The notes beneath the pieces were generated by a model. That model did no database searches. It was not told where the DNA came from and saw only the letters and a program-made list of their open reading frames with translations. 64,000 nt of DNA from an uncultured cyanobacterium (lineage in GTDB: Bacteria > Cyanobacteriota > Cyanobacteriia > Phormidesmidales > Phormidesmidaceae): NCBI GenBank assembly GCA_963793265.1, contig CAWBZI010000004.1, positions 224,001 through 288,000 of the forward strand, read 5' to 3'. Below, one piece after another: positions 48,561-58,021 of this stretch; position 1 is the stretch's first letter; every line of letters starts with the position of its first letter. A program made the position numbers and the translations under genes.

Positions 48561-50327
48561 ATGACTGCTCAAATCCCTGCGGTACAGGCCGACACGGAGG
48601 CGGTACCTGCTAAGGGGCGCAGAGACGTGCAGGTGTTGCCGATTGCGGCGGATACAACGGCGTTGCGATCGCGCTCTTGGGAACGCCTGCGCTTTGAAAT
48701 CGAATACGCCCTTGAGAAAGGCACGACGGCTAACTCCTACCTAATTCGCGGCAATCAAATCGCGCTGCTCGATCCCCCCGGCGGTTCTTTCACCGAAAAG
48801 TTTCTCGAAGCACTCAAAGCCGAAGTTGACCCGCACGATATTGACTACATCCTTTTAGGTCATATCAACCCAAACCGGATCGAAACGCTGAAGGTACTGC
48901 TACCGCTAGCGCCTCAAGCGACGATTGTGTGCTCAAACCCGGCGGCTATTACGCTTAAGGCGGCGCTAGAAGAAACCGATCTGAATAATCCTATTCAAGC
49001 GATCAAAGGCGGCTCCGAGCAGGACTTGGACTTAGGTCAAGGTCACCATTTGCAGTTCGTGCTTACGCCTACGCCGCGCTGGCCTGATGGCATGTGCACC
49101 TACGACAGCTACAGCGAAGTACTCTATAGCGATAAGTTCTTTTGCGCTCACATCTGCGGCGAAGATGCCTACGATCTCAGCCGCGAAACGCTAATAGAAG
49201 ATCAGCGGTATTACTTCGACTGCTCAATGGCCCCGAACGCTAAGCAGGTAGCAACAGCACTTGAGAAGCTGAAGGATTATGCGCCTCGGTTATATGCGGT
49301 TGGTCATGGGCCGCTGGTTCGCTACGGTGTGACTGAGCTAGGTCAAAATTATGTTGAATGGGCTACTAAGCAGAAGGGCAACGATCTATCGGTAGCGCTG
49401 ATTTATGCTTCTGCGTATGGGAATACGGCGACAATTGCGCAGGCGATCGCACGCGGCATTACCAAAGCAGGCGTCGGCGTAGAGTCCATCAACGCCGAGC
49501 AAGCCACCACCGCAGACGTTAAAGCGGCGGCTGAGAATTCTGCGGGCTTTATTATGGGCTCGCCTACGCTAGGCGGTCATGCGCCTACCCAAATTCAGAC
49601 GGCTCTGGGCGTGGTTCTCTCTGCGGCGAGTAAAACGAAGCTAGCGGGTGTGTTTGGCTCTTTTGGCTGGAGCGGTGAAGCGATTGATCTGCTCGAAAAC
49701 AAGTTCAAAGATGCGGGCTATAGCTTCGGCTTTGACCCAATTCGGGTGAAATTTACCCCCGATGCTGGAACGCTGCAAGAATGTGAGCAGGCAGGCACTG
49801 ATTTTGCCCAGCAGCTCAAGAAGAAGAAAAAAGCCAAAGCGCCTCGCATGTCGGCCTCTGCGGTAGAAAGAGCCATTGGTCGATTAGTCGGTTCTATGTG
49901 CATTGTGACGGCCAGGCGCGACGATATTAGTAGCGCCATGCTGGCCTCCTGGGTCGCTCAGGCAACGTTTACACCCCCTGGATTTACGGTGGCCGTGGCA
50001 AAAGATCGGGCTGTAGAAGGGCTAATGCACACGGGTGATAACTTTGTGCTGAATATCTTGGCAGAGGGCAAGCATCTAGGGCCGATGAAGCACTTTTTGA
50101 AACCGTTTAAGCCGGGTGAAGATCGCTTTGCAGGTGTGGAGACTCGAGAGACTGAAGATGGGCAGTTGGTTTTAGAAGATGCGATCGCCTTTCTTGAATG
50201 CACCGTGGCTAACCGCATGGACTGCGGCGATCACTGGGTTGTGTATGCGACAGTCAGCAATGGCGAGGTGATAGACAATAATGCTAAGACAGCGGTTCAC
50301 CATCGCCGGACAGGAACGCATTATTAA
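48561..50327 (+). CDS. flv1: Class C flavodiiron protein Flv1
   Basis: RSWERLRFEIEYALEKGTTANSY, non-canonical HINPNR / RWPD / SDKF ligands, SAYGNT flavodoxin, flavin reductase domain. Confidence 0.85.
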   Translation: MTAQIPAVQADTEAVPAKGRRDVQVLPIAADTTALRSRSWERLRFEIEYALEKGTTANSYLIRGNQIALLDPPGGSFTEKFLEALKAEVDPHDIDYILLGHINPNRIETLKVLLPLAPQATIVCSNPAAITLKAALEETDLNNPIQAIKGGSEQDLDLGQGHHLQFVLTPTPRWPDGMCTYDSYSEVLYSDKFFCAHICGEDAYDLSRETLIEDQRYYFDCSMAPNAKQVATALEKLKDYAPRLYAVGHGPLVRYGVTELGQNYVEWATKQKGNDLSVALIYASAYGNTATIAQAIARGITKAGVGVESINAEQATTADVKAAAENSAGFIMGSPTLGGHAPTQIQTALGVVLSAASKTKLAGVFGSFGWSGEAIDLLENKFKDAGYSFGFDPIRVKFTPDAGTLQECEQAGTDFAQQLKKKKKAKAPRMSASAVERAIGRLVGSMCIVTARRDDISSAMLASWVAQATFTPPGFTVAVAKDRAVEGLMHTGDNFVLNILAEGKHLGPMKHFLKPFKPGEDRFAGVETRETEDGQLVLEDAIAFLECTVANRMDCGDHWVVYATVSNGEVIDNNAKTAVHHRRTGTHY

Positions 50328-50358
50328 CCGCTACAAAAGCCGCTCTGAGGGAAACGCT

Positions 50359-50979
50359 ATGTCATCTGTTTACATCCCTACTAAGCTCCTCAGCTTTGAA
50401 GAATATCTGACCTATGACGACGGGTCGGACTACCGCTATGAGCTGTTAGATACGGGAGAGCTAGTCGAATTGCCCTACGAAAATCAAATCAACGTCATTT
50501 TGGCAATGTCGCTAGCTAGGTACTTTGAGCAGTTTGTGCACTGGCGCTTAATCATGCTCAACACCACGGCTATACAAGTAGCCCCTACAACGATTACGCT
50601 TGCAGACGGTCGGCGGCGTCGTGTCCGTCAGCAGAGTCGCATTCCAGATCTGATGATTTTGACCCAGACTGGAGAGCGTCAGATATTTGGTAAGCCTAGT
50701 GGGGTGGCTTTGCATCATGACAATCCAACGCTCATTGTAGAAGTTGTTAGCGAATCTAATGCGAGTGAGGATTATGTTGACAAGCGTATTCAATACGAGG
50801 CCAGAGGCGTGAGTGAGTATTGGATTGTTGATCGTCATCAGCAGAAAGTGACGGTGTTGACGCTTGAGGATGATCGCTACCAAGAAGCGGTTTACCAAGG
50901 CAATGCGGTAATTCAATCGAAGGTATTTCCTGGTTCTACAATTACCGTGGAGAGCGTTATTACCGTTGATGAAATGTAA
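50359..50979 (+). CDS. Uma2-family PD-(D/E)XK endonuclease-like protein
   Basis: SFEEYL..RYEL..GEL, RIPDL, LIVEVVS, DYVDKRIQYEARGVSEYWIVD. Confidence 0.9.
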   Translation: MSSVYIPTKLLSFEEYLTYDDGSDYRYELLDTGELVELPYENQINVILAMSLARYFEQFVHWRLIMLNTTAIQVAPTTITLADGRRRRVRQQSRIPDLMILTQTGERQIFGKPSGVALHHDNPTLIVEVVSESNASEDYVDKRIQYEARGVSEYWIVDRHQQKVTVLTLEDDRYQEAVYQGNAVIQSKVFPGSTITVESVITVDEM

Positions 50980-51087
50980 GCCTATTTTTTCCTGGACGCT
51001 GGCTCAAATGCCTTTGATATGAGTCAGCGTTTTGACATCGGTAGGTAGCGTGAGAAAATTGAGCGATCGCCTGTTATTGCAACCTTC

Positions 51088-52548
51088 ATGCCAGCAGTCC
51101 AGCACGGATTTGAGTTACTAACAACGACATTTGAGCCGAAGGAAGCCCAGCAGTTTCTAAGCGACTGTCAGCAGCAGGCAGTTCATGAAAATCAATCTAA
51201 AATTGCTAGCTTTTCGGTGTCTATCTCACCGGTTTCGCCCTGGGCTGTGCTGTCTGCTTTGGGCCTGGTTCGCCAGCGCCATTTTTATTACGATCCGCCG
51301 CAGCGTCCGGCAATGGTAGGACTAGGCGTGGTGATTGGTTCTAACACCTCTGGATCTATGAGGTTTGAGCAGGCGCAAGGGTTTATCAATAGTTGGGCGT
51401 CGCGGTTTATCTATGCCGATAGCAAGGCTAATAGTAAGACAGCGGCAGGGCATTTCTTTTGTAGCGCAACCTTCTTTGACCAGCAGCACGATCAGCCTGA
51501 AGCTGCCGCAATCGCTGTGATAGAGCCCAATCATTTTGAGCCTGCCTATGTGTTTGTGCCCAAGGTTCAGGTCACCACTAAAGCAACATCTTCGGTGGTG
51601 ACGTTTAATCGATTGATGACAGCGACGACCGACGTTGAGGCAGAAATAGCCGACATTTATCGCCAGCTAAAAGCACTCATGGCGACGAGAGACTTGGGAG
51701 AGGCGCGGCTTGCTTCTGGCAAAGTGGTGACTAAGGATGTGGCGAACTTTGCGCAGGCGGTGACGGCGGTGTTGCAGCAGATGAAGTCTGGGCGGCTGAG
51801 CCACTTGCTGCATAAGGTGGTGCTCGCTGATGTGATGGATGTGGTGGCTCCGCAGGCAGTGGACGTGGTGCGATCGCTCCAAACGCTCCGACACAATCAC
51901 CCTGACTGCACGGTATTTTCAGTTGGCAACGGGCAGGGCCAGTCCTTCATCGGTGCTAGCCCAGAGCGGCTATTGAGCATTACCGATTCGCAGCTCACAA
52001 CCGACGCGCTCGCTGGCTCGTTTGCTCGGGGCAAAACGCTTGATGCCGATGCTGAACTAGCCGAAACGATGCTGAACAGTGAAAAAGAACGATATGAGCA
52101 TCAAGTCGTCGTAGAATTTATCACGCGGCAGTTGCGATCGCTCGGCCTCTCTCCTCATCATGCCAGCGCCCCACAGCTCCTCCAACTCCTCCACATTCAA
52201 CATCTCCACACCCCCATCACCGCCACCCTCAGCTCCGCCGATATTTCGCCACTAGCCATTCTCGCCAAGCTCCACCCCACCCCAGCGGTTGCCGGTTTAC
52301 CTCGTGCCGAAGCCTGTCAGCTCATCCGCCAGCACGAGACTTTTGATCGTGGCCTTTACGCTGCGCCCCTCGGCTGGATCGATACGCAGGGTAACAGTGA
52401 GTTTATTGTGGGGATTCGGTCGGCGTTGATCAATGGGTGCAAGGCTCGGCTGTATGCGGGAGCGGGGATTGTAGCGGGCTCTGAACCGGCAAAGGAACTG
52501 GCAGAAATCAAGCTAAAATTGCAAACGCTGCTAAACGCGCTGGTGTAG
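51088..52548 (+). CDS. menF: Isochorismate synthase
   Basis: [51 protein letters not shown]. Directly upstream of menD. Confidence 0.92.
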   Translation: MPAVQHGFELLTTTFEPKEAQQFLSDCQQQAVHENQSKIASFSVSISPVSPWAVLSALGLVRQRHFYYDPPQRPAMVGLGVVIGSNTSGSMRFEQAQGFINSWASRFIYADSKANSKTAAGHFFCSATFFDQQHDQPEAAAIAVIEPNHFEPAYVFVPKVQVTTKATSSVVTFNRLMTATTDVEAEIADIYRQLKALMATRDLGEARLASGKVVTKDVANFAQAVTAVLQQMKSGRLSHLLHKVVLADVMDVVAPQAVDVVRSLQTLRHNHPDCTVFSVGNGQGQSFIGASPERLLSITDSQLTTDALAGSFARGKTLDADAELAETMLNSEKERYEHQVVVEFITRQLRSLGLSPHHASAPQLLQLLHIQHLHTPITATLSSADISPLAILAKLHPTPAVAGLPRAEACQLIRQHETFDRGLYAAPLGWIDTQGNSEFIVGIRSALINGCKARLYAGAGIVAGSEPAKELAEIKLKLQTLLNALV

Positions 52549-52555
52549 GGTTTAC

Positions 52556-54284
52556 ATGCCTCTCGATTTTCGTAATGTCAACAGCTTGTGGGCTTCTGTT
52601 GCGGCTGAAACACTGGCCCGGCTAGGGCTGCAAACGGTGATAGTGTGTCCAGGATCGCGCTCTACGCCGCTGACGTTTGCCTTTGCCAATCATCCCGATA
52701 TTGAAGCGCTGCCGGTTTTAGATGAGCGCTCAGCGGCTTTTTTCGCGCTGGGTTGTGCAAAACGTCAGCATCTCCCGGTGGCTTTGCTTTGCACGTCAGG
52801 AACAGCAGGCGCGAACTTTTACCCGGCGATCATAGAAGCCTATGAAAGCAACATTCCTTTGCTGGTGTTCACGGCTGATAGACCGCCTGAACTGAGAGAT
52901 TGCGCCTCGGGACAAACCATCGACCAGCAAAAGCTATACGGCGGTTTTGTGAAGTCTTACAGCGAGCTAGCGGTACCTGAGAGTAGGCCGGAGATGCTGG
53001 CTTATTTGCGGCAAACTTTGGTGAGTGCCTGGGGAAAGGCGATCACAGCACCGCCTGGCCCAATTCACTTTAACTGCCCGTTTCGCGATCCGTTGCCACC
53101 GCTAGCTGATGGTGAAACTGAGCAGCTAGCAACAGATTTTGACTACAGATCTCTTTTTTGCGGCAGTAAAGCCGCCTACGCCCGCAATCGAACAAACGCC
53201 GTATCTCTCTCTTTCAGAGTGGCAGCATTGCTCAGAAGGTATCATTATTGCTGGTGCCGCAGCGCCAGAGAACCCAGAGGCGTACTGTAAGGCGGTAAGC
53301 GATTTGGCTGAAACGCTGAGCTGGCCTGTTTTAGCAGAGGGTCTTTCGCCTTTGCGCAACTATCGCAGCCTGAACGACTCTCTCGTTTCTACCTACGATA
53401 TTATCTTGAGAGATCCAGAGCGAGCAGACTATCTGGTGCCTAAGCAGGTGATTCAGCTTGGGCCGCTGCCGATTAGTAAGGTGTTGCGTGGGTGGTTGGC
53501 GCGATCGCAGCCGCAGCGATGGATAATTGGCTCCCAGCGAAATCTAGATCCGCTGCATGGCCCAACTCACTTTTTAACAACAGATATCGAAACGATTGCA
53601 TGGCTTGCAACAAACAAACCCCTCTCTGAGTCTTTGAGCCCTTATCATCAAAGGTGGCTCGCTTACGAGAGTACGGTTCGCAGGGCGCTGGATATTCGAC
53701 TTAAAAACGAGACTGCTTTGGTGGAGAGCAAGGTGGTGTGGCTACTTTCTCAGCATTTGCCTGATCGTACGCCTTTGTTTGTGGCAAATAGTATGCCGGT
53801 ACGGGACGTGGAGTATTTTTGGGGTGGGGGCGATCGCTACATTCAACCCGCTTTTAGCCGAGGCGCTAACGGCATCGACGGCACCCTTTCAACGGCGATG
53901 GGGTTAGCTCATCACAACGCACCAACAGTCTTGCTCACGGGCGATTTAGCTTTTTTACATGATACGAATGGACTGTTGAACATCCCTCAGCTTTCGGGCT
54001 CTCTCACGATTGTACTTATCAACAATGACGGCGGCGGTATTTTTGAAATGCTGCCTGTCTCTGAGTTTGAGCCTGAGTTTGAGAAGTATTTTCTGACGCC
54101 TCAGCAGGTGAATTTTAAGACGATGTGTGAGACTTATGGGGTGAAATATCAGCGGATTGAGGAGGTGCGCGAGTTGGTGGAGAATATTGAGCGGTTGCCG
54201 GAGAAAGGAGTGAGCTTGTTGGAGGTGGTGTGCGATCGCCAGCAAAGCGTTCAGCAAAGAAAAGCGCTATTGAATGCCTTGTAA
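52556..54284 (+). CDS. menD: SEPHCHC synthase MenD, split by a +1 frameshift near 53144
   Basis: First half has [30 protein letters not shown]; second half has [31 protein letters not shown]. Removing one base near 53144 gives DFDTDLFFA in a single frame. Confidence 0.9.
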
Positions 54285-54286
54285 TC

Positions 54287-55126
54287 ATGCCCCATCTCAC
54301 GCTTGAAAACCATGTACTGCACTATGTAACGGTGGGTGATTCAAGTAATCCATCGTTGTTGATGCTGCATGGTTTTTTAGGGAGCTGTGAGGATTTTAGA
54401 GCGATCGCATCTACCCTAAGCCAGCATTTTTACTGCATCATTCCCGATCTTCCTGGACATGGTAAAACCGTCACAACCCCAAACTGCTACACATTTCCCA
54501 CAACCGCTCAGGCACTAATAGATATACTTAACCATCTGAATATTCCTCGAACTCACCTGCTGGGCTATTCTATGGGCGGGCGTTTGGCGCTCTACTTAGT
54601 CTGTTGTTTTCCTGAGCGGTTTAATCGAGTCGTTTTAGAGTCGGCTTCGCCTGGGCTGAAGACGGCTGATGAGAGGCGGTTGAGGGCGGGGAGGGATGAG
54701 GTGATCGCACAAAAAATAGAAACCACTCCCCTTCCTACTTTTCTGGCTCAGTGGTACAGCAATCCCCTTTTCGCTAGCCTAAAGAACCACCCAAAAGCCT
54801 ATGCCGAAATGCTCCAGCGTCGTCAAAACAACAATGCTACAGAGCTAGCGAATGCTTTACGCGGCCTTAGCACAGGACGACAGCCTTCGCTTTGGCAAAC
54901 TTTGAAATCTATTGACATACCGTTGCTTCTGCTTGCAGGCACCTTCGATGACAAATTCGTTGCTATCAATCGTGATATATTTTCACGGATGGATCAGAAA
55001 ACACCGCCAATACTTGAAGTAATCAAAGAATGCGGCCACAATATTCATTTAGAGGACTCTGCCACATGTATCTATAGTGTCGCCCATTTCTTAAGTGCCT
55101 ATAGCGCTCCGTTACTGATAAGGTAG
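54287..55126 (+). CDS. menH: SHCHC synthase
   Basis: LHGFLGS, DLPGHG, GYSMGGRLAL, ESASPGL, CGHNIH. Follows menD. Confidence 0.9.
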   Translation: MPHLTLENHVLHYVTVGDSSNPSLLMLHGFLGSCEDFRAIASTLSQHFYCIIPDLPGHGKTVTTPNCYTFPTTAQALIDILNHLNIPRTHLLGYSMGGRLALYLVCCFPERFNRVVLESASPGLKTADERRLRAGRDEVIAQKIETTPLPTFLAQWYSNPLFASLKNHPKAYAEMLQRRQNNNATELANALRGLSTGRQPSLWQTLKSIDIPLLLLAGTFDDKFVAINRDIFSRMDQKTPPILEVIKECGHNIHLEDSATCIYSVAHFLSAYSAPLLIR

Positions 55127-55186
55127 GATCAAAGCTTAAAACTCATAAGTTTTAAAGTACAGCGCACGGAGGTTGGGCCAATTAAA

Positions 55187-55513
55187 ATGACTTTTCAAGA
55201 GTTAGAATCGCAGCTGTTATCTTTGAGCCAACCCGATAAGGTAAAGGCAATGCAGGTACTAGCGAAAAGCCTAAGTCAATCCTGGTACGGGATAGAACGT
55301 ACGCCGGGCGTATGTGGTGGTGACGCTCGAATTGCGAACACACGGATTCCAATTTGGGTATTGGTAGAAGCTCGTACGAGTGGTTACAGTGATGCCGATT
55401 TACTACTAAGCTACCCGGCTTTGAGCGCTATAGATTTGGTCAATGCTTGGTCTTACGCCGAGGCATTTTCAGAGGACATTAAGTCGGCTATTCAACGCAA
55501 CGAGGCTGCCTAG
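55187..55513 (+). CDS. DUF433 domain putative antitoxin
   Basis: IERTPGVCGGDARIANTRIPIWVL..SDADLL.SYP.L...DL. Confidence 0.88.
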   Translation: MTFQELESQLLSLSQPDKVKAMQVLAKSLSQSWYGIERTPGVCGGDARIANTRIPIWVLVEARTSGYSDADLLLSYPALSAIDLVNAWSYAEAFSEDIKSAIQRNEAA

Positions 55514-55516
55514 CGA

Positions 55517-55644
55517 ATGGCTCGTTTCTAGTTTGTACGAATGATAAAAACTGGGCATCGTTTGCTGATCGTATCGATGCGGCTGTTTCTGCTGAAGAAA
55601 GCGTAGATGGAAAACTTATCCGTGTGACTCGTCCCGCTAGATAG
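55517..55644 (+). pseudogene. Internally deleted DUF5615/PIN-like toxin remnant
   Basis: ATG GCT CGT TTC TA joined out of frame to VCTNDKNWASFADRIDAAVSAEESVDGKLIRVTRPAR*. These match the N- and C-termini I recall for DUF433-partner PIN proteins. Confidence 0.7.
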
Positions 55645-55668
55645 TTTTGGAAAACAGAAGCATTAAAG

Positions 55669-56460
55669 ATGATTATTCGTCACGACGTTGACCCAAAGCT
55701 TTACATAACAGATCCAGCAAAGTTCCCAGCAGTGGTAGCGGTAGATAGCTTTCGAGAAGAGATACAGATTGCTTACGACCAGATTGATGAGCTGCTAAAG
55801 CCAAGCCTGACGCCACTGATTCAGACGACTCAATACCGCATTCGCTATGACGGTATGGGTATGCTGATTCGTCCTGAGTGGGTGTTGAGTGCGGCTCATG
55901 TAGTGACGGAGTTGGACTTAGGCAAAGAGATAGCGTTTGGTAATTCTGTTTATTTAATTAAGCAGACAATAGTACATCCGCAGTTTGAGAATTTTGGACT
56001 GGAGAGAGATTTTGCTGAGCATGATATTGCGTTGATTCAGCTTGGCGAGGCTGTTGAAAATGTTTTTCCTTTGCCGCTCTATCAAGGGTCAGACGAGCTT
56101 GAGAAGATAGTTACTTTTGTTGGCAGAGGAGACTTTGGGACTGGTTTGATTGGGCCAGATGTGGTAGATGGAAAGATGCGAATGGCGACTAATCGTGTTG
56201 AGCAGGTTGATGAGCAGTGGCTTGTTTTTAAGTTTGATGCGCCGCCTGAGTGTACTGAGCTTGAAGGAATTTCGGGGCCTGGGGATAGTGGGGGGCCTGC
56301 GTTGTTGATGACAGATGAAGGATGGGCGATCGCTGGCATCAGCTCCGGTCAAATCTCAAACTTCCCTTCAGGCAACTTGGGCGAAGGTCGATACGGCGTG
56401 ATGGAATACTACACGCGGGTTTCTTGCTATCTAGACTGGATTAAATCGGTGATCGATTAG
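55669..56460 (+). CDS. Trypsin-like (S1) serine protease without signal peptide
   Basis: WVLSAAH, HDIALIQL and GDSGGP catalytic triad; YTRVS..LDWI. Confidence 0.9.
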   Translation: MIIRHDVDPKLYITDPAKFPAVVAVDSFREEIQIAYDQIDELLKPSLTPLIQTTQYRIRYDGMGMLIRPEWVLSAAHVVTELDLGKEIAFGNSVYLIKQTIVHPQFENFGLERDFAEHDIALIQLGEAVENVFPLPLYQGSDELEKIVTFVGRGDFGTGLIGPDVVDGKMRMATNRVEQVDEQWLVFKFDAPPECTELEGISGPGDSGGPALLMTDEGWAIAGISSGQISNFPSGNLGEGRYGVMEYYTRVSCYLDWIKSVID

Positions 56461-56529
56461 TAAGCTCTCTCCCCAACGATACTGGATGATAAAAACTCAG
56501 TTTCTAAAATGAAGGCGTAACGCTAGAAG

Positions 56530-57378
56530 GTGAGTACTTTGCGAATCGTAATTACAGGGGCAACTGGCAAAGTGGGCTCCCAGATTCCTCAATTTATTGA
56601 TACGCAACAGCATCAGGTCGTACTGGCACTCAGAGGTGTAGCCAAGCTAAAGCAGTTTGATGAGAAGGTAGAGGCCGTTCCTTTTGACTTTGAAAAGCCT
56701 GAGACGTTTGCGGCTGCACTTAAAGGGGCTGACAGTCTTTTTTTGATGCGTCCGCCGACGGCTGCAAAGAATGTGAACTTGATTGTGGATGAGGCGATCG
56801 CATCAAACATCAAACACATCGTCTACCTCTCTGTACTTGGCGCTGATAAAAACAAGCTCCTGCCGCACAGAGCCACAGAAGACTACATAAAAAAAGCTGG
56901 CATCTCTTACACCTTTCTAAGAGCCAGCTTCTTTATGCAAAATTTGAGCACCGTCCACCGAGCAGACATTCAAAAACGAAATACTCTTTTTCTACCTGCT
57001 GGTACCGGCAAAACCAGCTTCATCGACACTCGCGATATCGGCGCAGTTGCGGCAAAGACACTCACTGAATCTGGTCATGAGGGTAAAGCCTATCGACTCA
57101 CAGGCTCCGAAGCTTTGGACTATTACGAAGTCGCAAACATCTTTAGCGAAGTGCTTGAACGTCCGATTACCTACACCAATCCTTCTGTCTTCAAGTTTGT
57201 AGCCACCATGCTCAAGCGAGAGACGCCCCTGCCATTCGCCTTAGTCATGGGCGGTATCTATACAACCGTACGATTCGGTTTAGCAGACCCACTTTATTCA
57301 GATACCGCCAATTTGCTGAATCGTGAGCCTATTTCCTTTTGCACGTTTGTAAAAGACTATCGAGACTGCTGGGAATAG
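56530..57378 (+). CDS. NmrA-like / atypical SDR NAD(P)H-binding protein
   Basis: ITGATGKVG, YLSV.GA, LRASFFMQN, FIDTRDIG. Confidence 0.88.
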   Translation: MSTLRIVITGATGKVGSQIPQFIDTQQHQVVLALRGVAKLKQFDEKVEAVPFDFEKPETFAAALKGADSLFLMRPPTAAKNVNLIVDEAIASNIKHIVYLSVLGADKNKLLPHRATEDYIKKAGISYTFLRASFFMQNLSTVHRADIQKRNTLFLPAGTGKTSFIDTRDIGAVAAKTLTESGHEGKAYRLTGSEALDYYEVANIFSEVLERPITYTNPSVFKFVATMLKRETPLPFALVMGGIYTTVRFGLADPLYSDTANLLNREPISFCTFVKDYRDCWE

Positions 57379-57382
57379 GCTA

Positions 57383-58003
57383 TTACCACAGGTACAGCAG
57401 AATAAACAGAATGATCCAAATCACATCAACGAAGTGCCAATACAGCTCAACAGCTTCAATGCCAAAGTGATTCTCACTAGAGTAGTGACCCGGCTTACGA
57501 GCCCGCAATAAAACCGCGAACATCAGCAGCAGTCCTACTAGCACGTGCAGCCCGTGAAAGCCTGTGAGCACATAGAACGTGCTGGCAAATAGATTGTCTC
57601 TCAGGCCAAATTCTAGATTGCTGTACTCATAGAGCTGACCCAGCAAAAAGACGGTGCCCATGATGATAGTGGCGCTGAACCAAACGCGCACGCCGTTCAC
57701 ATCGTCTTTTTTAACAGCGGTATCAGCCTTGTGAATCACAAAGCTACTGGAAATGAGGATCAAAGAGTTAATGCCAGGTAGCAAAATCTCTAGGCTAGGC
57801 GTACCTTCAGGGGGCCATTCTGTGGCAACCAAACGGAAGGTGATATAGGCCACAAAAAGACCCATAAAGAGCATACTTTCAGCGCATAGGAATACTAGGA
57901 TTCCAAACATGCGATGGTCGGGATGCTCCTCGTGGTGGCTAGCTGCGCCCTCTTGAGCAATGTTGATAGTGCTCTGAGCGGTAGTATCGATGGAACCTTG
58001 CAT
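57383..58003 (-). CDS. ctaE: Cytochrome c oxidase subunit III
   Basis: [30 protein letters not shown]. Confidence 0.96.
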   Translation of the reverse strand: MQGSIDTTAQSTINIAQEGAASHHEEHPDHRMFGILVFLCAESMLFMGLFVAYITFRLVATEWPPEGTPSLEILLPGINSLILISSSFVIHKADTAVKKDDVNGVRVWFSATIIMGTVFLLGQLYEYSNLEFGLRDNLFASTFYVLTGFHGLHVLVGLLLMFAVLLRARKPGHYSSENHFGIEAVELYWHFVDVIWIILFILLYLW

Positions 58004-58021
58004 AGTGTCTTGGTGGTGGGA

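Noticed and set aside
50359..50979. Uma2 nuclease as part of a restriction or defence system
   Set aside because: Stand-alone Uma2 genes are abundant in cyanobacteria, and there is no methyltransferase or partner gene adjacent.
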